A stretch of 64,000 nucleotides of DNA from Amoebidium appalachense (lineage: Eukaryota; Protista; Ichthyosporea), in assembly GCA_963693365.1 (NCBI GenBank), contig CAVNZM010000013.1:6646213-6710212 (forward strand). The letters run 5' to 3'. The first letter of the stretch is position 1. The number at the start of each line of letters is the position of its first letter. Both the position numbers and the translations under genes were made by a program. Positions 1 through 40,488 of this stretch are shown one piece after another. The notes beneath the pieces are model-generated. The model was not told the DNA's origin, did not search any database, and worked only from the letters and a program-made list of their open reading frames with translations.

Positions 1-1
1 C

Positions 2-997
2 TTCTCGGCTAATATTTTTAAAGACACACCCCTCCATCCTTCTATTAGACTTACATTTATTCGCACTTTTGTCTTCCCGGCATGTGAATATGGTTTACCC
101 CTTCTCGCTGCTTGGATCAAGAAAGAGAGAACTAGAGCGCTTAAACCCTTGGCAAATTTCCTTGAAGCAGAAGTTGCCTCCTTTCTATCTAACAACTGTT
201 GTAAACCTGGGCCTGTAACGCTCTCGATATATGGTCTGGTCCCAATAGCTGCTAGAGTATCCTATCTCGCGCTGAAATTCAATAAGCACATAAGCCGCTT
301 AAAGAAGTATTTGCCCTCCCACCCTCTCTTCTCTATCCGACCTGTCCCCTCCTCACCTCTCCCCTCTTTCCTCCCCTCTCTCTCCCCTTCTCCCCTGGGC
401 ACAAATACAAATAAACCCCGCAATAGTGTGTGTGTGACTTTGGACTGCCACTTACTTATTAAACATGTACACAATCACAAGATAATCACGCAATATAACA
501 AATGGAAAAAGATACCACACGACACTAGACCCGATGAAAGCATACACCTTGAAAAACTAAGCCTTATGTCTCGTTTTATATATACTGACCGCCTCAACCA
601 TATTGCCAAATATGGCACTCGCAAGTGTATAACACCTAAATACATATTACCTTCCTGTAGAACTGGTCTTTCTCTAGCTGATGGTATTATTGATCAATTA
701 CCACGCTTTTACTGTACACGTGCTATACAGTGGAGATCTAATAAGTATAAGGTGGCATCATTTGCATGCCCAAACAACACACACACACACCAGTTTAACC
801 GGTCATGTATCGCCAACTGTAGTTTGATAGACCACATAATACCGCAACACACACACGTCACATTCACAACAGACACCCAGAAAGATAGCCTACCTGTAAA
901 TTACAACATCCTTGATTTTATACTAAACACGCGTAACTACGACCTGTTTATTAGATGTATTGATTGGCTTGAGAAACACATCACTACAAAATTATAG
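2..997 (+). mobile_element. 3' end of a non-LTR (LINE-like) retrotransposon ORF (RT thumb and Cys/His-containing C-terminus), 5'-truncated by the window edge
   Basis: Frame is open from base 2: FSANIFKDTPLHPSIRLTFIRTFVFPACEYGLP resembles the LINE RT C-terminal motif (K/R)LxxxxxFxxPxxEYG, and IYGLVPIAARVSYLALKF resembles the GLxxxxxR motif. A Cys/His cluster (ACPNNTHTHQFNRSCIANC) lies near the end. Intronless, and the stop TAG is followed directly by a (CA)n tract. Confidence 0.75.
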
Positions 998-1001
998 CGC
1001 A

Positions 1002-1079
<78 letters not shown>
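998..1079 (+). repeat. (CA)n microsatellite abutting the LINE stop codon (tail or target site)
   Basis: Pure CA run starts within ~10 nt of the stop codon at 995-997. Confidence 0.9.
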
Positions 1080-1080
<1 letters not shown>

Positions 1081-1112
1081 CCAGCTGATACCGAGTGTCC
1101 CGAGGGGAGCCC

Positions 1113-1165
<53 letters not shown>

Positions 1166-1421
1166 GGGGAACCCCAACTAATTGATTTCTCCTTGTAGTC
1201 TTTATGGTGTCTCGTAGAGAAAGTAAACCCTGATATATAGTCACCACCCGACATCTATGTACGTGATCATGATATACCGCTGAGGGGATATTCCGAGCAA
1301 ACCCCCCCCCCCCATACCTGAGACTGGTTCTCTTTGCCTCGAGTAAACAGCGTAAACCCCCTATGTACTTGATCACTCGAGTGGAACAAAAGCCGCATGA
1401 TGGACCAGCCATCAGCGCGCG

Positions 1422-1499
1422 TACCTTTTGGCTTAGCGGTTAGAGCTCCCAGCTCGCAGCCGCGAGGATTGAGGTTCGAATCCTGAATCCGCCACGCCA
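1422..1499 (+). pseudogene. tRNA-derived sequence (tRNA pseudogene or mobile-element module) with Pol III A and B boxes
   Basis: A box TGGCTTAGCGG at 1429 with D-stem GCTT/GAGC; B box GGTTCGAATCC at 1473; ends ...CCGCCACGCCA (encoded CCA). Acceptor and anticodon stems do not pair, so it is not a functional tRNA. Confidence 0.55.
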
Positions 1500-1693
1500 A
1501 ATTTTGTGTCCCCGAGACGGCACCGCGCATAGGTACACAACCACGACCAACTGAACAGCACCAGCAGCACAATTTCAACTCAATTAACTTTTTCATTGAA
1601 TGGATTTTTAAAATCATTATGGCATGTAAAGTGTTCACAAACTGAATAATTGCCCTCGTCACCGAGGCTTCAGCCACAAAAACACCTGCGCAG

Positions 1694-1970
1694 GCTTCTT
1701 GGTGGTAGTGGTGTTGGTGTTGGTGGTGTTGTGTGGTGAGCTCGAGGGGATAGGGATAAAAGGGAGAAGGGGGGTTATGTATTCTAGAGCATTGAGGCTA
1801 TGTATAAATGGTTCGATGCTAGGCAGATGACTCAGAGACGTCACCAGCAGTGTCACATATGCGCACAGTACTGAAGGTCAGCAACTGACAAGCAGTCACA
1901 AGCACTCAATGTGCATGTTGTTATATCGCTGCAGGGGAAGGTGAGGGAGTGATGGAACGGCAAGAAAAAT

Positions 1971-2008
<38 letters not shown>

Positions 2009-2938
2009 AGATCGCTCGAGGGGGGGGAGGGCGAGAGGGAGAGAGAGACATAGAGAGAGAGAGAGGGAGGGAGGGAGGGAGAGAGAGGGAGAGAGGCAGG
2101 GGGGAGAGAGGGGGGGGGGGGGGGGGGGGGGAAGGAAGGAGGGAGGGAGGGCGGGAGGGATTGAGGGAGGGAGGGTAGATTTGGGGAGGAGAGAGAGAAA
2201 GAGGGAGAGAAAGGCCTGGGTTCGGGAAGAGGGAGACCCCGGAGAGAAGGGCGTTACCCGGGGGGGGGGGGGGGGGATGGGGAGGGGACCTGAGAGGAGA
2301 GGAAAAGGAAGGCGTAGTATAGGTGAAAGTTTGAGAAGTGCTGGTTGAACACCGCGTCTTGGGTTTATTTCAGATTTTTTTTTCCCCCTTTTTTTGGGGG
2401 GGAAACACTGGGGCCCTGTCTCGGTGCTGCTGCAGGAAGTTTGAAATTTTAAGACGCCAACATGACAAAAAGGGAAGGAATGTACCGGTAATGGCGGGGA
2501 GAAACGCTGGATTCAAGCGCTATGTAGCACCAACTGCGCTCATTTGCTTGCAGTTGATCCAATTATGTTCTTTTTTCCCCTTCTTGCTCCCCTTCCCCCC
2601 CCCTCGGAGTCCCCCCCATTGGCAACCCGAGCAGGCCCTCGACGATATGAAGGATGAAGGATCTATCTACTGTTCGAAAAGCCTGAGTATGCTTAGAGGA
2701 TATTGTCATAGATGGTGCACCCCACGTGTTTGGTGATCGTGGTGGTGGTGATGAGCAGGGCAGAGAGAGGGAGGTGGGTGGGGCAGGGGGGGGGGGGGGG
2801 GGGGGGTGGGGGGGCAGAACTTACCATGCATGTGTCTTATGAGCACCATACAGCTGTGCACCGATATACATACACACACCTAGCCCATGAATTCTAATAC
2901 TGTATATGCATCTTTCAGGCCGCACAGTCGAGGAGTGA
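1694..2938 (+). CDS. Possible 3' exons of an unidentified plus-strand gene
   Basis: AG/GT-bounded segments ~1694-1734, ~1935-1940, ~2435-2487, ~2635-2686 and ~2919-2938 join in phase to LLGGSGVGVGGVVWGRKFEILRRQHDKKGRNVPALDDMKDEGSIYCSKSLSRTVEE*. No recognisable homology. Confidence 0.3.
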
Positions 2939-3753
2939 TGGCTTTGCTTTGGGGGGAGGGGGAGGAGGGGGGGAGGGGGTAAAGAGCGGTATTTAAACCC
3001 TGAGTGGACGAGGGGGGTTTTATTACTTCAATTTATTGTTTTGACCACTGAGATGTTAGGGACAGTCAATTAATATCATCCATTTGTTCAATCTGCATCC
3101 ATATGTAGTTGATGACATGCACAATTCGTACTAGCTTGCTTTGGCAGCTATGTAATCCGAGAAGGGCGACCCAAGTGTGTGCATTACTTAGTCTAGAGGT
3201 GTGCGGCAAAGTGTCACACGCAAACTTGTCGAACGGGCATGTGCATAATTTGCGCATTAACATGCACACCACAAGGCGAACACGCACGCAGGCACGCGCG
3301 CATGCACACACGCACACATTCATGCCCGCACGCACACACATGCTCACACAGGCCCGCACCTACCGACCCACCTGCCCCCTCACACAAAACACCCACCACA
3401 CACACGCACCCGTCCATCCGCCTGCCAGCACGTCACCCACCCACCCCAACATGTACATGCCCTGCCCAACGCCATTCAAAACTATTGGGTGGTTTCTTTC
3501 CTTGCGACCCGAAAGTGGAAAAAATCACTTTAAGGAAAAAAAAACTGTCTTTGGCATTCATTCGCACTCAGTGACATTCAGAATCTGATGTTTTCCCCTA
3601 AGAAGTTATTAACCTGCAACTAATTTACGCTTATGGGTCTACAACGGAAGGGAGAGGACAAAGAAAACACCTCGTGCACAGAGGGGTGTTGGGTTCAACA
3701 TGCCATGTGCAGTGTTGTGCGTGTGGGGGGAAGTTAAAGAGGTGTGTGTGTGT

Positions 3754-3810
<57 letters not shown>

Positions 3811-3895
3811 TGCGGAAAGGGGGGAAGGATGCCGGGTTTGGGAAGAGTTCCTTCGTCAGTCCCGTCCCCCCGGGCCCACGCAGGGAGTGATGTAA

Positions 3896-5028
3896 TTATC
3901 GACTCCCATTCGTACAAGTGTCTTTAGCCATGGTAGCAGCGTACCGATCCAGCCTGTCAGCCAATGAAATGTGTCCAGCAAGCCGGGCCAGATCTGCCAC
4001 TGTGCGACCCTCTGCATCAACCAATCGCAGCTGCCATCCGAGGTCGTGCTCGTGCAAAAGGTACTCGCACACGTCACCATGTCCTAATATAGATTCCCGT
4101 TAACCATATATGTTTGAAATGTACATTGACTGTTATGCAAGAGGTACCAGATTTGTACGTCACCAGTGCAAGAGGCGCCACTCGTGTCACCATAGCACAA
4201 AAAGATAAGGTACTGCCCAAATTTGGAAGGCATTCCACATCTAAGCTCGTCCCTAATGGCGGTTGAGATCAATGAAGTATGGCTCTGACGCCAAATTCGA
4301 CAACAGGTGGAAAGGAAAACAAAACAGAATCCCATGGCGGTGGTGCACAACCAAAGACGTGTTTCTAAACGTGGAAATACCCGATTTGGGAGTATTTGCG
4401 TGTTTCGTCGATACGGATTCAAATCAGTAATTCAGTGGGCTTGTGAATGCATTATACATGTACAAGCACAATTCTCAAAAAATCGGTTGGAAAGAAAAAG
4501 GCACAGTAAGGACGACCATGCGGGGAGGGGGGGGGGGGGGGGAGGGGGGGGGAGAGGAGGAAACCAACCCTTCCATGCAGCTTTGTTGAGTGCTCCGTGG
4601 CCCGATGCATTAATGACTTTAAAGTCCTGTTGGCCAATAAAAAGCATCTGTTAAACCTTGCAACGCATCTGTTAAACCTTGCAACCCCATAACTAGATGC
4701 CTAAATGATGAACAATGATGAAGGGTGTGGAGGGACGATATGTGCGTGCCCTTGTCTGCTTGCACGTGCAATTTTTGATGTTCGAATGGTTATAATTGTA
4801 TGAACCGCATAAAACAGGCTACCATTCCTTTACTCACGGTCACGTACATGTATATGATCCCACCGTTTAGTCTTCGTGTGCTTGCTTCTATGCAGGAGTG
4901 CCTATTTGTGTCCGTGCGTGTGTGTGTGTGTGTGTGTGTGCGTGTGTGTGTGTGTGTGCGCGCGCGTGTGCGCATGTGCTGCGTGCGTGCGTGCGTGTGT
5001 GTAGGTGTGTGTGTGCGTGTAGGTGTGT

Positions 5029-5082
<54 letters not shown>

Positions 5083-8000
5083 TTGAATGCGGAACACAGT
5101 ACGAAGTACGCATACACGATGAGAAGCATGGTGCAGGACACATGCAAAGGCAAACATTCAAGTATGCAGCATCAGCCATGCGCACAGTATGCGTCATAAG
5201 CAGAGCCCATCCTCAGGGAGGGCCCAAGTCATCAATTGCGTCTGAGTTTCGACCCCTTAGCCCGCGTATATACGACGCTCCAACTCAGACAGCAGCATCA
5301 ACTGAACTTGGGTGGGTCAACCCGTCTTGATCAAAGACGAGCAGGGTTGCTTATGCAAGCAAGGTGAGCAAAACGGTGAAGATGTATGTGCAAACTAATG
5401 CAGTGCAGCGACAAACGCGTATGTGCTTACAGATGCACGACACAGAGCAACCATGCCCGGTTGCATGGAAGTAAAGATGTCTGGGGGAGCGGATAACACA
5501 CTACTCCTTTCCCAGCCAGCCATTTGCACATTTCCAACTGGCCGCCGGCAGCAGCCCAATGCAGGGCACTACAGGCGTGGTGGTTGAGTGCATGCAGGGT
5601 TAATCCCAGATCGGTGACCAGCCAATCACAAATGGCGGTTTGGCCCTGCCACACGGCCCACATCAGACCACTGCTGCCTATGGGGTTGGAACAAAAAAAA
5701 ATAGTTAAAAAAGGAACACATAGGTGGTTTTTAGGAATGCTACGCTCCACTTACCCCCCCCCCCCCCCCCCCCCCCCCCACCCACCCTTCCCCACCCCTT
5801 TCGCCCTGGTGGCCAACATGCGAAGAATTGCTTTCACAAAGGGAGACGTCTTTTTAACAACCCATGAAATATCTCCTTCTCTCTCTCTTCTACCTTGCCC
5901 CCCCCTCCCCCCCCCCCCCCCCCCCCCCCTCTCTTTCCCTACACAACCACTCATCCACCCACCCACCCACACGAAAACACACACACACGGAAATACACAC
6001 ATCCGCGTGCGCACGTGCACTCGCGGAAACGCACACACGTGAAACACACACGTGCACACACACTGTTACGGTGACACACACCATTGCCTGGTTCTATCTG
6101 CTTTCCAACCGATCACCAATTGAATCATCGTCATGCTGAAACCGGCAATCCAAAGAGTTCCAAGGGAAGATAGAAAAGCGAACGAACAAGAGCGAGTCAG
6201 AAGGTTCGAAGGAGAAAAATCAGAGGAAGGAAAGGAAGGAATAGAAAGAACGCAAACCCAACAAACACATCATCGAGTTCAAGTAGGAAGTATGTGTAGA
6301 AGTGTGAGGGGTTTGTGTTGGTGTAAAGGGGGGAGAGGAGGAGGAGGAGGAGGGGGAGGGGGGGGGGGAGGGGGGAGGGGAGCAGAGGGACGTAAGAGAG
6401 GCCCTCTGGGGGAGGTACTGAACAGAAGAGGGGGAGGGGAGAGGGGTTAGGGATGGGGGTATATGCACCGGGGGTTTACATCGGAAGAAGACACAACAAT
6501 CAAGAAATTGAACCCAGGACTAATTAGGCACTTACAAACCAAGCCCCCCTCCCCCCCCCCAACCCACCCACCCACACACGCACACACATGTACATACACA
6601 CACACACACACACAAAAGGAACACACGGCGGCGCCGGCTGCCATTAATCCTCCTGCCTTGCCATCCCCTCCAACACCTGGGAGAAGAGGAAGGTAACAAA
6701 CTTTGCGGGAAAGAAGAGCAGAACAGTAGTTCAAATAGACACAAACACAGCTTTGTGATACAACTCAAGAATTCAGGTATTTAAATTATACATTAGAATA
6801 AAAAATAACCAGGATGTTAAAAATTAACCAGGATGTTAAAAAACTAGAGCACCACGCACCGTCATTCATGACTGCCGCCGGGTCTGCTCCGGCCTCCACC
6901 AGCCACTTGGCTGCCTCCAGATGGCCGGCCCTGCAAGCAAAGTGGAACGGTGTGCGCTGGTTTTTGTTGCGGCTGTCGACAGGTATGCCTATGGTGTGCA
7001 CAAGGTACTTGCACACTGCAGATATAAAAAACGGTTGATTTAGCATTGTTTCATATTGTAACCACGTATAATTATGACCATAGCCGCATGCTGCAAAAAA
7101 AGAAACTTACACTTGATTTTCTATGGTTCATGCATATGTATAGCAAGCACAGGTTACAGAAAAATACTTTGTTCTGTCCACAAGACCTACCTACTAGTTT
7201 GTGTCGACTCATGCATACCCCCCCCCCCCCCCCCGAATCCAACGTTAAATTGTAGGAAGAAAAATAGGGGGACAAAAAAGGAAAAATAACGAACTTAGAA
7301 AACAAGTCAAACCTCCAACACCTTTCGACAAACCCCTCCCCTCCCCACTCCCCCTCCTCCATCCCCTCTCCTGCCCCCCCCCCCCCCCCCCCCCTCCACC
7401 CCCCCCACCCCCCCCCCCCAAAAAAAATAATAATAATAATAATAATAAATAGAAAATAAAAATGAAAAATACATGAATAAATAAACTAAAAAAAGCACAC
7501 ACACACCGGCTCACCACCCACGGACCATGACGACACCACCCAATCACCTACTCAAATCACCCCCCCCCCCCCCCCCCCCGGCCTATCCTCCACCCTCCTC
7601 CCCTACACCGTCCTCTCACTACCGCCTCTCCTGCCCCCTGCAGAATGAATAAAGGAAATAAATTTTCTGCTTACTTGTGTGTGTGTCTTATGTGCAGTGT
7701 GTGTGTGTCACAAGCTCAGTAAGAGAAAGTGAGTGTGACTGTGTGTATTTGTGTGTGTGGGTAAGTACAAGTACATACCTACTTGGGTGTGTTGTGTGGT
7801 TGTGGATATAAGGATGTGTGTGCGTGCCTAAGTACGGGTGCGTGTGTGCGTACTGTGCGTACGTGTGTGCACATGTGTTGCTCGCAGGTGCGTGCACAAG
7901 CAAGGCCATGTTTGGGACTGTGGCGGGGGGAGGGGGGGGGGGGGGGGGGGAGGGGGGGGGGGGGAGGGGGGAAGGGAGGTGCAACGCGGCTTGCCACCTT

Positions 8001-8358
8001 CTATGTTGCCCGCGCCAGCCGCCCAATGAAGAGCAATTGACCCATGTTTATCCACTACCCTAAAAACTCGCTCCCTGTCCACACTGCCCAACTCCTCAAG
8101 TCTCTTCAATTCGTTTTCTTTTGCCATGTATAGTGGGCTATTTGGGTTGCTGATGTTTTCAACCATCAACTCTTTCCATTTCTTTCTTCGTTCGTTGATG
8201 TCATCTACGGCTAATGGGGACTTTGTTTCTTGTGTGTGTGTGTGAGGGAGATCTGAAACGATGTTCACCTCGCTAGTGTTCTGAAAATGTGCTGGACATG
8301 TGGCATTTTGAGATCGATGAGTGGTGTGGGGAAGCTGCTCCTTGCTGTTTATCGCCAT
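3896..8358 (-). CDS. Ankyrin-repeat protein, 5 exons, ~312 aa (5' end uncertain)
   Basis: Exons 8358-7998, 7015-6860, 5677-5502, 4626-4569 and 4083-3896 join in phase via GT-AG introns. Repeats include [85 protein letters not shown] and [13 protein letters not shown]. Extra upstream exons near 8.7-9.0 kb are possible. Confidence 0.85.
5081..5433 (-). mobile_element. Intronic structured dispersed repeat, full-length copy A (sense to the ankyrin gene)
   Basis: Reverse complement of 19237-19588 with about 5 substitutions; followed in sense by poly(C). Confidence 0.9.
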
Positions 8359-9204
8359 TTTGAAGTGCGGTTGCAGGCGAGTTCAGAACAGAGCAAAAGG
8401 GGTGCCTTAGATCTTGAGGTTTGTTGCTTTGGCATTAAATCGCCTTAAAAATAAAACGTGTGTGAGCGTCTACGCGTGTGCGTGCGTGTGCGTGCGTGTG
8501 TCCGCGCGTGTGTGCGCATGTGCGTGTTAGTGTGCGTGTGCGTGTTCGTCTCTGAGCGTGTCCTTCTGTGGGCTCCTTCGCGGAATAATGGATAAGAAAT
8601 GTTCGCGGGTGCTTATGTACGTTTGTGGACTGAGAGAAGAATTTAGTTCCCGAGCACTTCACAGCAGTGCCACTGTGGGAGCCAGGTGTATGTATTTGCT
8701 TATGTGTGCGTGCGCGCGTGTGCGTGCGTGCGTGTCCACCGCTCGTGTGTTTCCTTGGCAGTGCACAACCTCGGACTGGCACCGTGTGCCGGCTGTGGCA
8801 CGACGGTCAGCCTTGAGGTCACCTGAAGGTATTAGGAAGTACAGTGTATCAGTAAATAAATGTATCGTGCCGGGGTATTTGTAGACTCTAAGCTATATAG
8901 GAATGATTCGACTTACTATAGTTTACTACCATATACTTATACATGGGCTCGTTGGGTGGGCCACAATACCTGGTCCGTATTTCCAAGTTCGCGCGACAAC
9001 TTTTCAAAGGCAGTGAAGGCTTCGCGTAAAGTAGGCATTATTCTCTGGTGGTATAATAGAGTCGTTATAGGCCCCGGTTTAGCTTGATAGAACGAATTAC
9101 AAATTGTCGGTGCTAAGGGTGTGCTTATAGAGAAAGGGTCTGGAAGGGTCACAGAGGAGGGGGGAGGTTCTTAGAGGTAGAAGAAACACAGGGAGAGAGA
9201 GAAA

Positions 9205-25286
<16,082 letters not shown>

Positions 25287-25491
25287 GATATACAGAGCGA
25301 AAAGTGGGATAGATATACTGAGTGTATATGACATACGGAGTGAAAGTCATCTGGGTAGTCTGCTTTCTGACATACTGGAAATAGAATGTTGTGTTGATAT
25401 GTTTTGGGCTCAGTGTATGAGCAGATAAAGAGAGTGGTGGTGGTAGTAATGGAGGGGGGGAGGGGAGGGGGGGAAAGAAGATGTGTGTGTA

Positions 25492-25525
<34 letters not shown>

Positions 25526-25617
25526 GGGGGGGGGGGAGAGAGAGGGAGGGGGGGGGGGGGGAAGGGGGGCAGAAGATGTGTGTGTGTGTGTGTGTGTGTG
25601 TGTGACTGTGTGGTGGT

Positions 25618-25660
<43 letters not shown>

Positions 25661-26862
25661 AATACGCACATGGTGTAACAAACCCAACATTCTCATCGTC
25701 TGGCAAAATGGTTTTCTTGAAACCACACACGAGGGATAGCAATCACTACGTACATGACATGCACTTACATGCTTATGTGACCCGGCCTACATTAGATGAA
25801 CAGGACAAATCGATTCGTACACAGAACACATTCTCAACTTGGATTTTCACGTTAATCTTCCTTGGGGTTTGTGTCTTTTTTTCTTTTCTTTCTTGGCCCT
25901 CTTAGGTAGCTGGGCTGCAAAACATAGCAGGTACCCAAGCAATAAAAAGCGTGCAAATACCGGGTCCCTTTTAAAAGGGTACACTGTAATCATATATCCC
26001 TATATATAGTTGATGCATGATACTGTGAGTTGTTGATAGAATCACTGTGGGTACGAGTTTCACAGTTAACACTCCAGTTAGGCACGTGCACTTGGCATGC
26101 CACGGTCTTCACGTGGCAAAATCAAGTAGGCAGTGACTGACGCATGAACAACGTGTACATGTCGACATAGACTTGTAAACAGACACGGGCGACACGGTGT
26201 GTTCTACTTGCGTATGTACTTGGCTATATTTTATTGGATATACTTGTAGTATGTATCAGGCTCTTCTCATAATCAACACTGCTAAGCTATATTTAGCATA
26301 CAAGCATACAGGGTTGTCCCATATTTTTCCCTGCAATTTCCAAATGAGGCCGGGATACGAAGGAATTTAATTAATATACATCCCTGGAATAATTAAGTTA
26401 TGAAGGGAACTAGACTTGCACGCATTATAAATGAAGGCAATTATTATATATTATTTAAGGTTAAAAGTACCACGTTTAAAGGCAAACGACCTAGCACTAT
26501 ACTGCAATATTTATATTGTATAGTTTCTATTGGACCTTGATCATGCATTGATGAATCAGCCAATAAGTATTGGAATTTGCTTCATGTCAGCTCACCATGG
26601 CGACTACAAAGATATATTGCCCACTAGAAATACCACAGCTATCAGATATACTGTCTATGAGATTATACCACCACCAATATGTGCAATCATCTCACAAGTC
26701 CCAAAACAAGAGAATCGAAGCGCGAATCGCTGGGCCACAGACATGGCATATCCCCAACTATATTCAACGATCTCAATGTCACCTACTACTAGAAAAGAAG
26801 GAAAGGGTAGAGATATAAAAGAATCATTCATCCTCTTCCTCTATTCACCCAGCCACTTTGAA

Positions 26863-26897
<35 letters not shown>

Positions 26898-27011
26898 TGG
26901 GCGGTGGAGGATATCCAAGTTACCACCAAGTTAGTACAAAAAAATAGAAAAGGGACGGAAAAAATAGAAAGGACGACAAACTAGAATCCCATCCCATTGG
27001 TGCACTAAATT

Positions 27012-37290
<10,279 letters not shown>

Positions 37291-39289
37291 CTTACTTCTT
37301 CTCTTTGTGACTTTTGTCAAGCTGCTTCAGGGACTCAGATTCAGGACGTGTGAATGCTTGGTGGAATAAAAAAAAAGCTAGAAAACGAAACAAAGTGGCA
37401 ATGCAGCCACGGGAACTCTGAAGTTCAATCCCACATGTGTTCTTGCACTTCGGGTTATCTGGCTACGGACTTTGGAGTGTAGGCGGTGTTGGGTTGCTTA
37501 CTCATAGTTTCACTTTCAGGGCTGAATAGATCTGCATTGCATTTAGGTGTCATAGTTTCTTGCCACAGTTTCACGCGTTTTTCATCTTGTTTACCATGTT
37601 TGAAAGCTCAACAGCAGTTTTTTTTAGCAATTGATTGGTGATTATACAAACACGAGCGTACTTGTATTTGCTCTTTTTTTTTTTAAAGAAAGGCAGTCAT
37701 TAAATGGCCTCACATAATATGTACGTGGCCATGGGATGGAGGTGCTTTGTTTCCTAGTTCTGCAGACGAGATCGTGAAAACAGGCTCCAATCAACCATGT
37801 TATTGCTAACGTTAACTGTAGGGAGATAACTAGGGTCACAACTTATACCTTTCAAGCACTAAATCATGACAAAACAAGTACACGCACTAATGCCATATAT
37901 AATGTAGTGCTGTAAGTACGAGTCTGTTTCCTAGGCTTACACGTTTTGTTTTGTTTTCCTGTAACATGCCAGCAGTCGGATAAAACGGGCCAGCTTCGGA
38001 CCGGGAATCGGATGTGAGCCAAAAAAGCGACTGGCGCAAGTCAGGAATCCCAAAGGAATGCGTTTTTATGAGTTCTACGCATACGATTGGCTCTAAAAGA
38101 TATCTCGGAATCTAGTCACTCAGAGTGCCGCAAAATTTTGGTGGCCATGCGGATTCTTGACTCAACTTGTGACACTATCCCCACGGGTACAATATCATAC
38201 TCAATATCCACTACATGTACCTAGTTTATGTTGAAAAGGTTTCTTCGCAAAAATCGGCACCGTCGGTGCCGGCTTGTCGCTACCGCATCAAATTTCCTTT
38301 TCTCTCGCGTCCCCCCCCCCCCCCCCCCCCCCCGGCCACCCCCCCCCCCCTCCGCCCTCCCTCCTCTCCCGCCCCATTCTTTGCATTTATCCTTGATACA
38401 CATTCACTCTCATCGCTTCCTTTCTCTCTCCCTCATTTCCCGCTCTCTACAGTCATTTTCCTTGTTAGATATCCATTCCTGTCACACAGTGCTCGCACAC
38501 GCCGCCCGCTCACACTCTCTCGGCCACCCACGTGCACCCTGCCTCCGCCCGCCCTGCGCATACCATTGATAAAGTTATCCCAGCCGCGTGCTTTCAACCG
38601 CGTGCTCCCATGCCCGGCACACTCCCACTTGCGGCGCACGGCAACTCTTCACTGCTGCCGCAAAGTTCCGATTCCCTGCCATGATAGTGTCGTTTCCCGC
38701 GTGACATGCATCATCTCAACCATCACACTAAGTAATCCATATACACTCAATACAACACACACTGCACAGGCGCACATGATACACCTATACCTCCACACAT
38801 TCACATCGTTTTACTGATTCAATTACCCATGCCTCGGACCTTTAAGCCAAGTTCCGGGATTTGACCAGCTTGGGCCCGTATTTCAATGCCCGCAAAAACC
38901 ATAATAAATACACATAGATAAACCAAAATTAAGAAAGAATTGCTGTATGCATGTATAAAAAACCTAATTAATCAAAAAGTATGGGTATTATAGCAAATAA
39001 AACCCCATAATGACTGTCCCAAAAGGCACCCGCGACGCACGTACGTGAAGGGTACGTGTCGGGGCTCTAAATTGCGGAACGAGATATGCGATTATCCGAC
39101 GGTTTCGTGAGCGAATCACAAGAAAATGGTTGCAACAATCACTATTTCGGTATAAATATTCAAAAGGTTTACAACCAACAATGGAACGCTCATTTAAGAG
39201 AAAAATCGGCAAGAACTTTAAAACAGATTCTGGCGATGGTTGGCCAATAACGTCCTCATTTTTTACGAAAAAGGGACTCCGAGGGCGGG

Positions 39290-39329
<40 letters not shown>

Positions 39330-40045
39330 GAGAGAGAGAGAGAGAGGGAGGGGGGGGGGGGGGGGAGAAGAGAGAGATACAGAGAGAGAGAGAGAGAGCC
39401 TGAGAGCTAGAGAGAGAGAGAGAGAGAGAGAGCCTCGGGGACAGAGAGAGAGAGAGAGAGGAGACTGAGGCACATGAAGCGTACTGCACACTGTATGATG
39501 ATAATGATCGCATGGTTATGATGTCATTCCCACGTGTGGTACACACACGCACTGAGTATTACTACACCCAAGTTGCAAACCGGGCATCATGTGGCACACG
39601 GCCACATATGCATGCATGTCCTCATACATACACAGAGCGAATCATTATGATACGCATTGTGACACACTGATGTACGGCAGCACTGGCAGCATGGGATACT
39701 TTTCATGCGTCTATAAGCTGCCTGCATATCAAGCAGAACCAAGGCAGTACCGTGTGCACGTCTGCTTAGTTTATGAGATACCAGTACGCCCCCTTTAGCA
39801 AAAACGTCCTAGACATATATTGAATATGTTCATGTTGCAGGGCTTGTTTTCACTGCCCTGCCGGGTGACCAGGCAAACAACTTGAAAGAGTACTGTAGGA
39901 GTGCCTCTTTGTTGCCCAACAATCACGGCGCACATCATTGAAACGACTCTGATCTAAACAACCAATCACAGAAAAGCTTAAAGCGCATTTGAAACGCTGT
40001 AAACACCTATTTCGGACACATTCGGTATCTAATGTTACGTCATCA

Positions 40046-40160
40046 CTCAACGCCCAATCAAATGGTACGATTATATCATTCAATGCCCAATCAAATGTTA
40101 CGATTATCACTCAACACCCAATCAAATATTACGATTACCACTCACCGCCCAATCAAATAT
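40046..40160. repeat. 31-33 bp tandem repeat (4 copies) overlapping the glutaminase stop codon and 3' UTR
   Basis: Units of the form CTCAACGCCCAATCAAATGGTACGATTATATCA. Confidence 0.8.
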
Positions 40161-40400
40161 ACGGTTGGAAGATAGATAACCCAGTTAATTGGGTGAATTC
40201 TTCTAGTGCAGCCGTGCCCGCCAATGAATTCCCGTACTTGTTCAATCCCGGGGACCACACAGCCATACTAAGTTTCCCCGGCACAATGGCCACAATCCCT
40301 CCACCCACACCGCTCTTTCCGGGTAGGCCGACCCGGAATGCAAACTGGCCCGAAGCGTCGTAGTGGCCGCACGTGAGCATTAATGCGAGTACTCTGCGTG

Positions 40401-40488
<88 letters not shown>

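Noticed and set aside
1422-1499. Functional tRNA gene
   Set aside because: Acceptor, anticodon and T stems fail to pair.
26530-26760. RNase H-like motif (ISQVPKQENRSANRWA) in the LEO1-GPCR intergenic region
   Set aside because: Only one degenerate motif with the catalytic Asp missing and no supporting upstream motifs; may be a retroelement relic but cannot be supported.
38220-38271. Helitron 3' end (palindrome CGGCACCG-T-CGGTGCCG near CTAG)
   Set aside because: Hairpin-to-CTAG distance of ~30 nt is too long and there is no A/T insertion junction.
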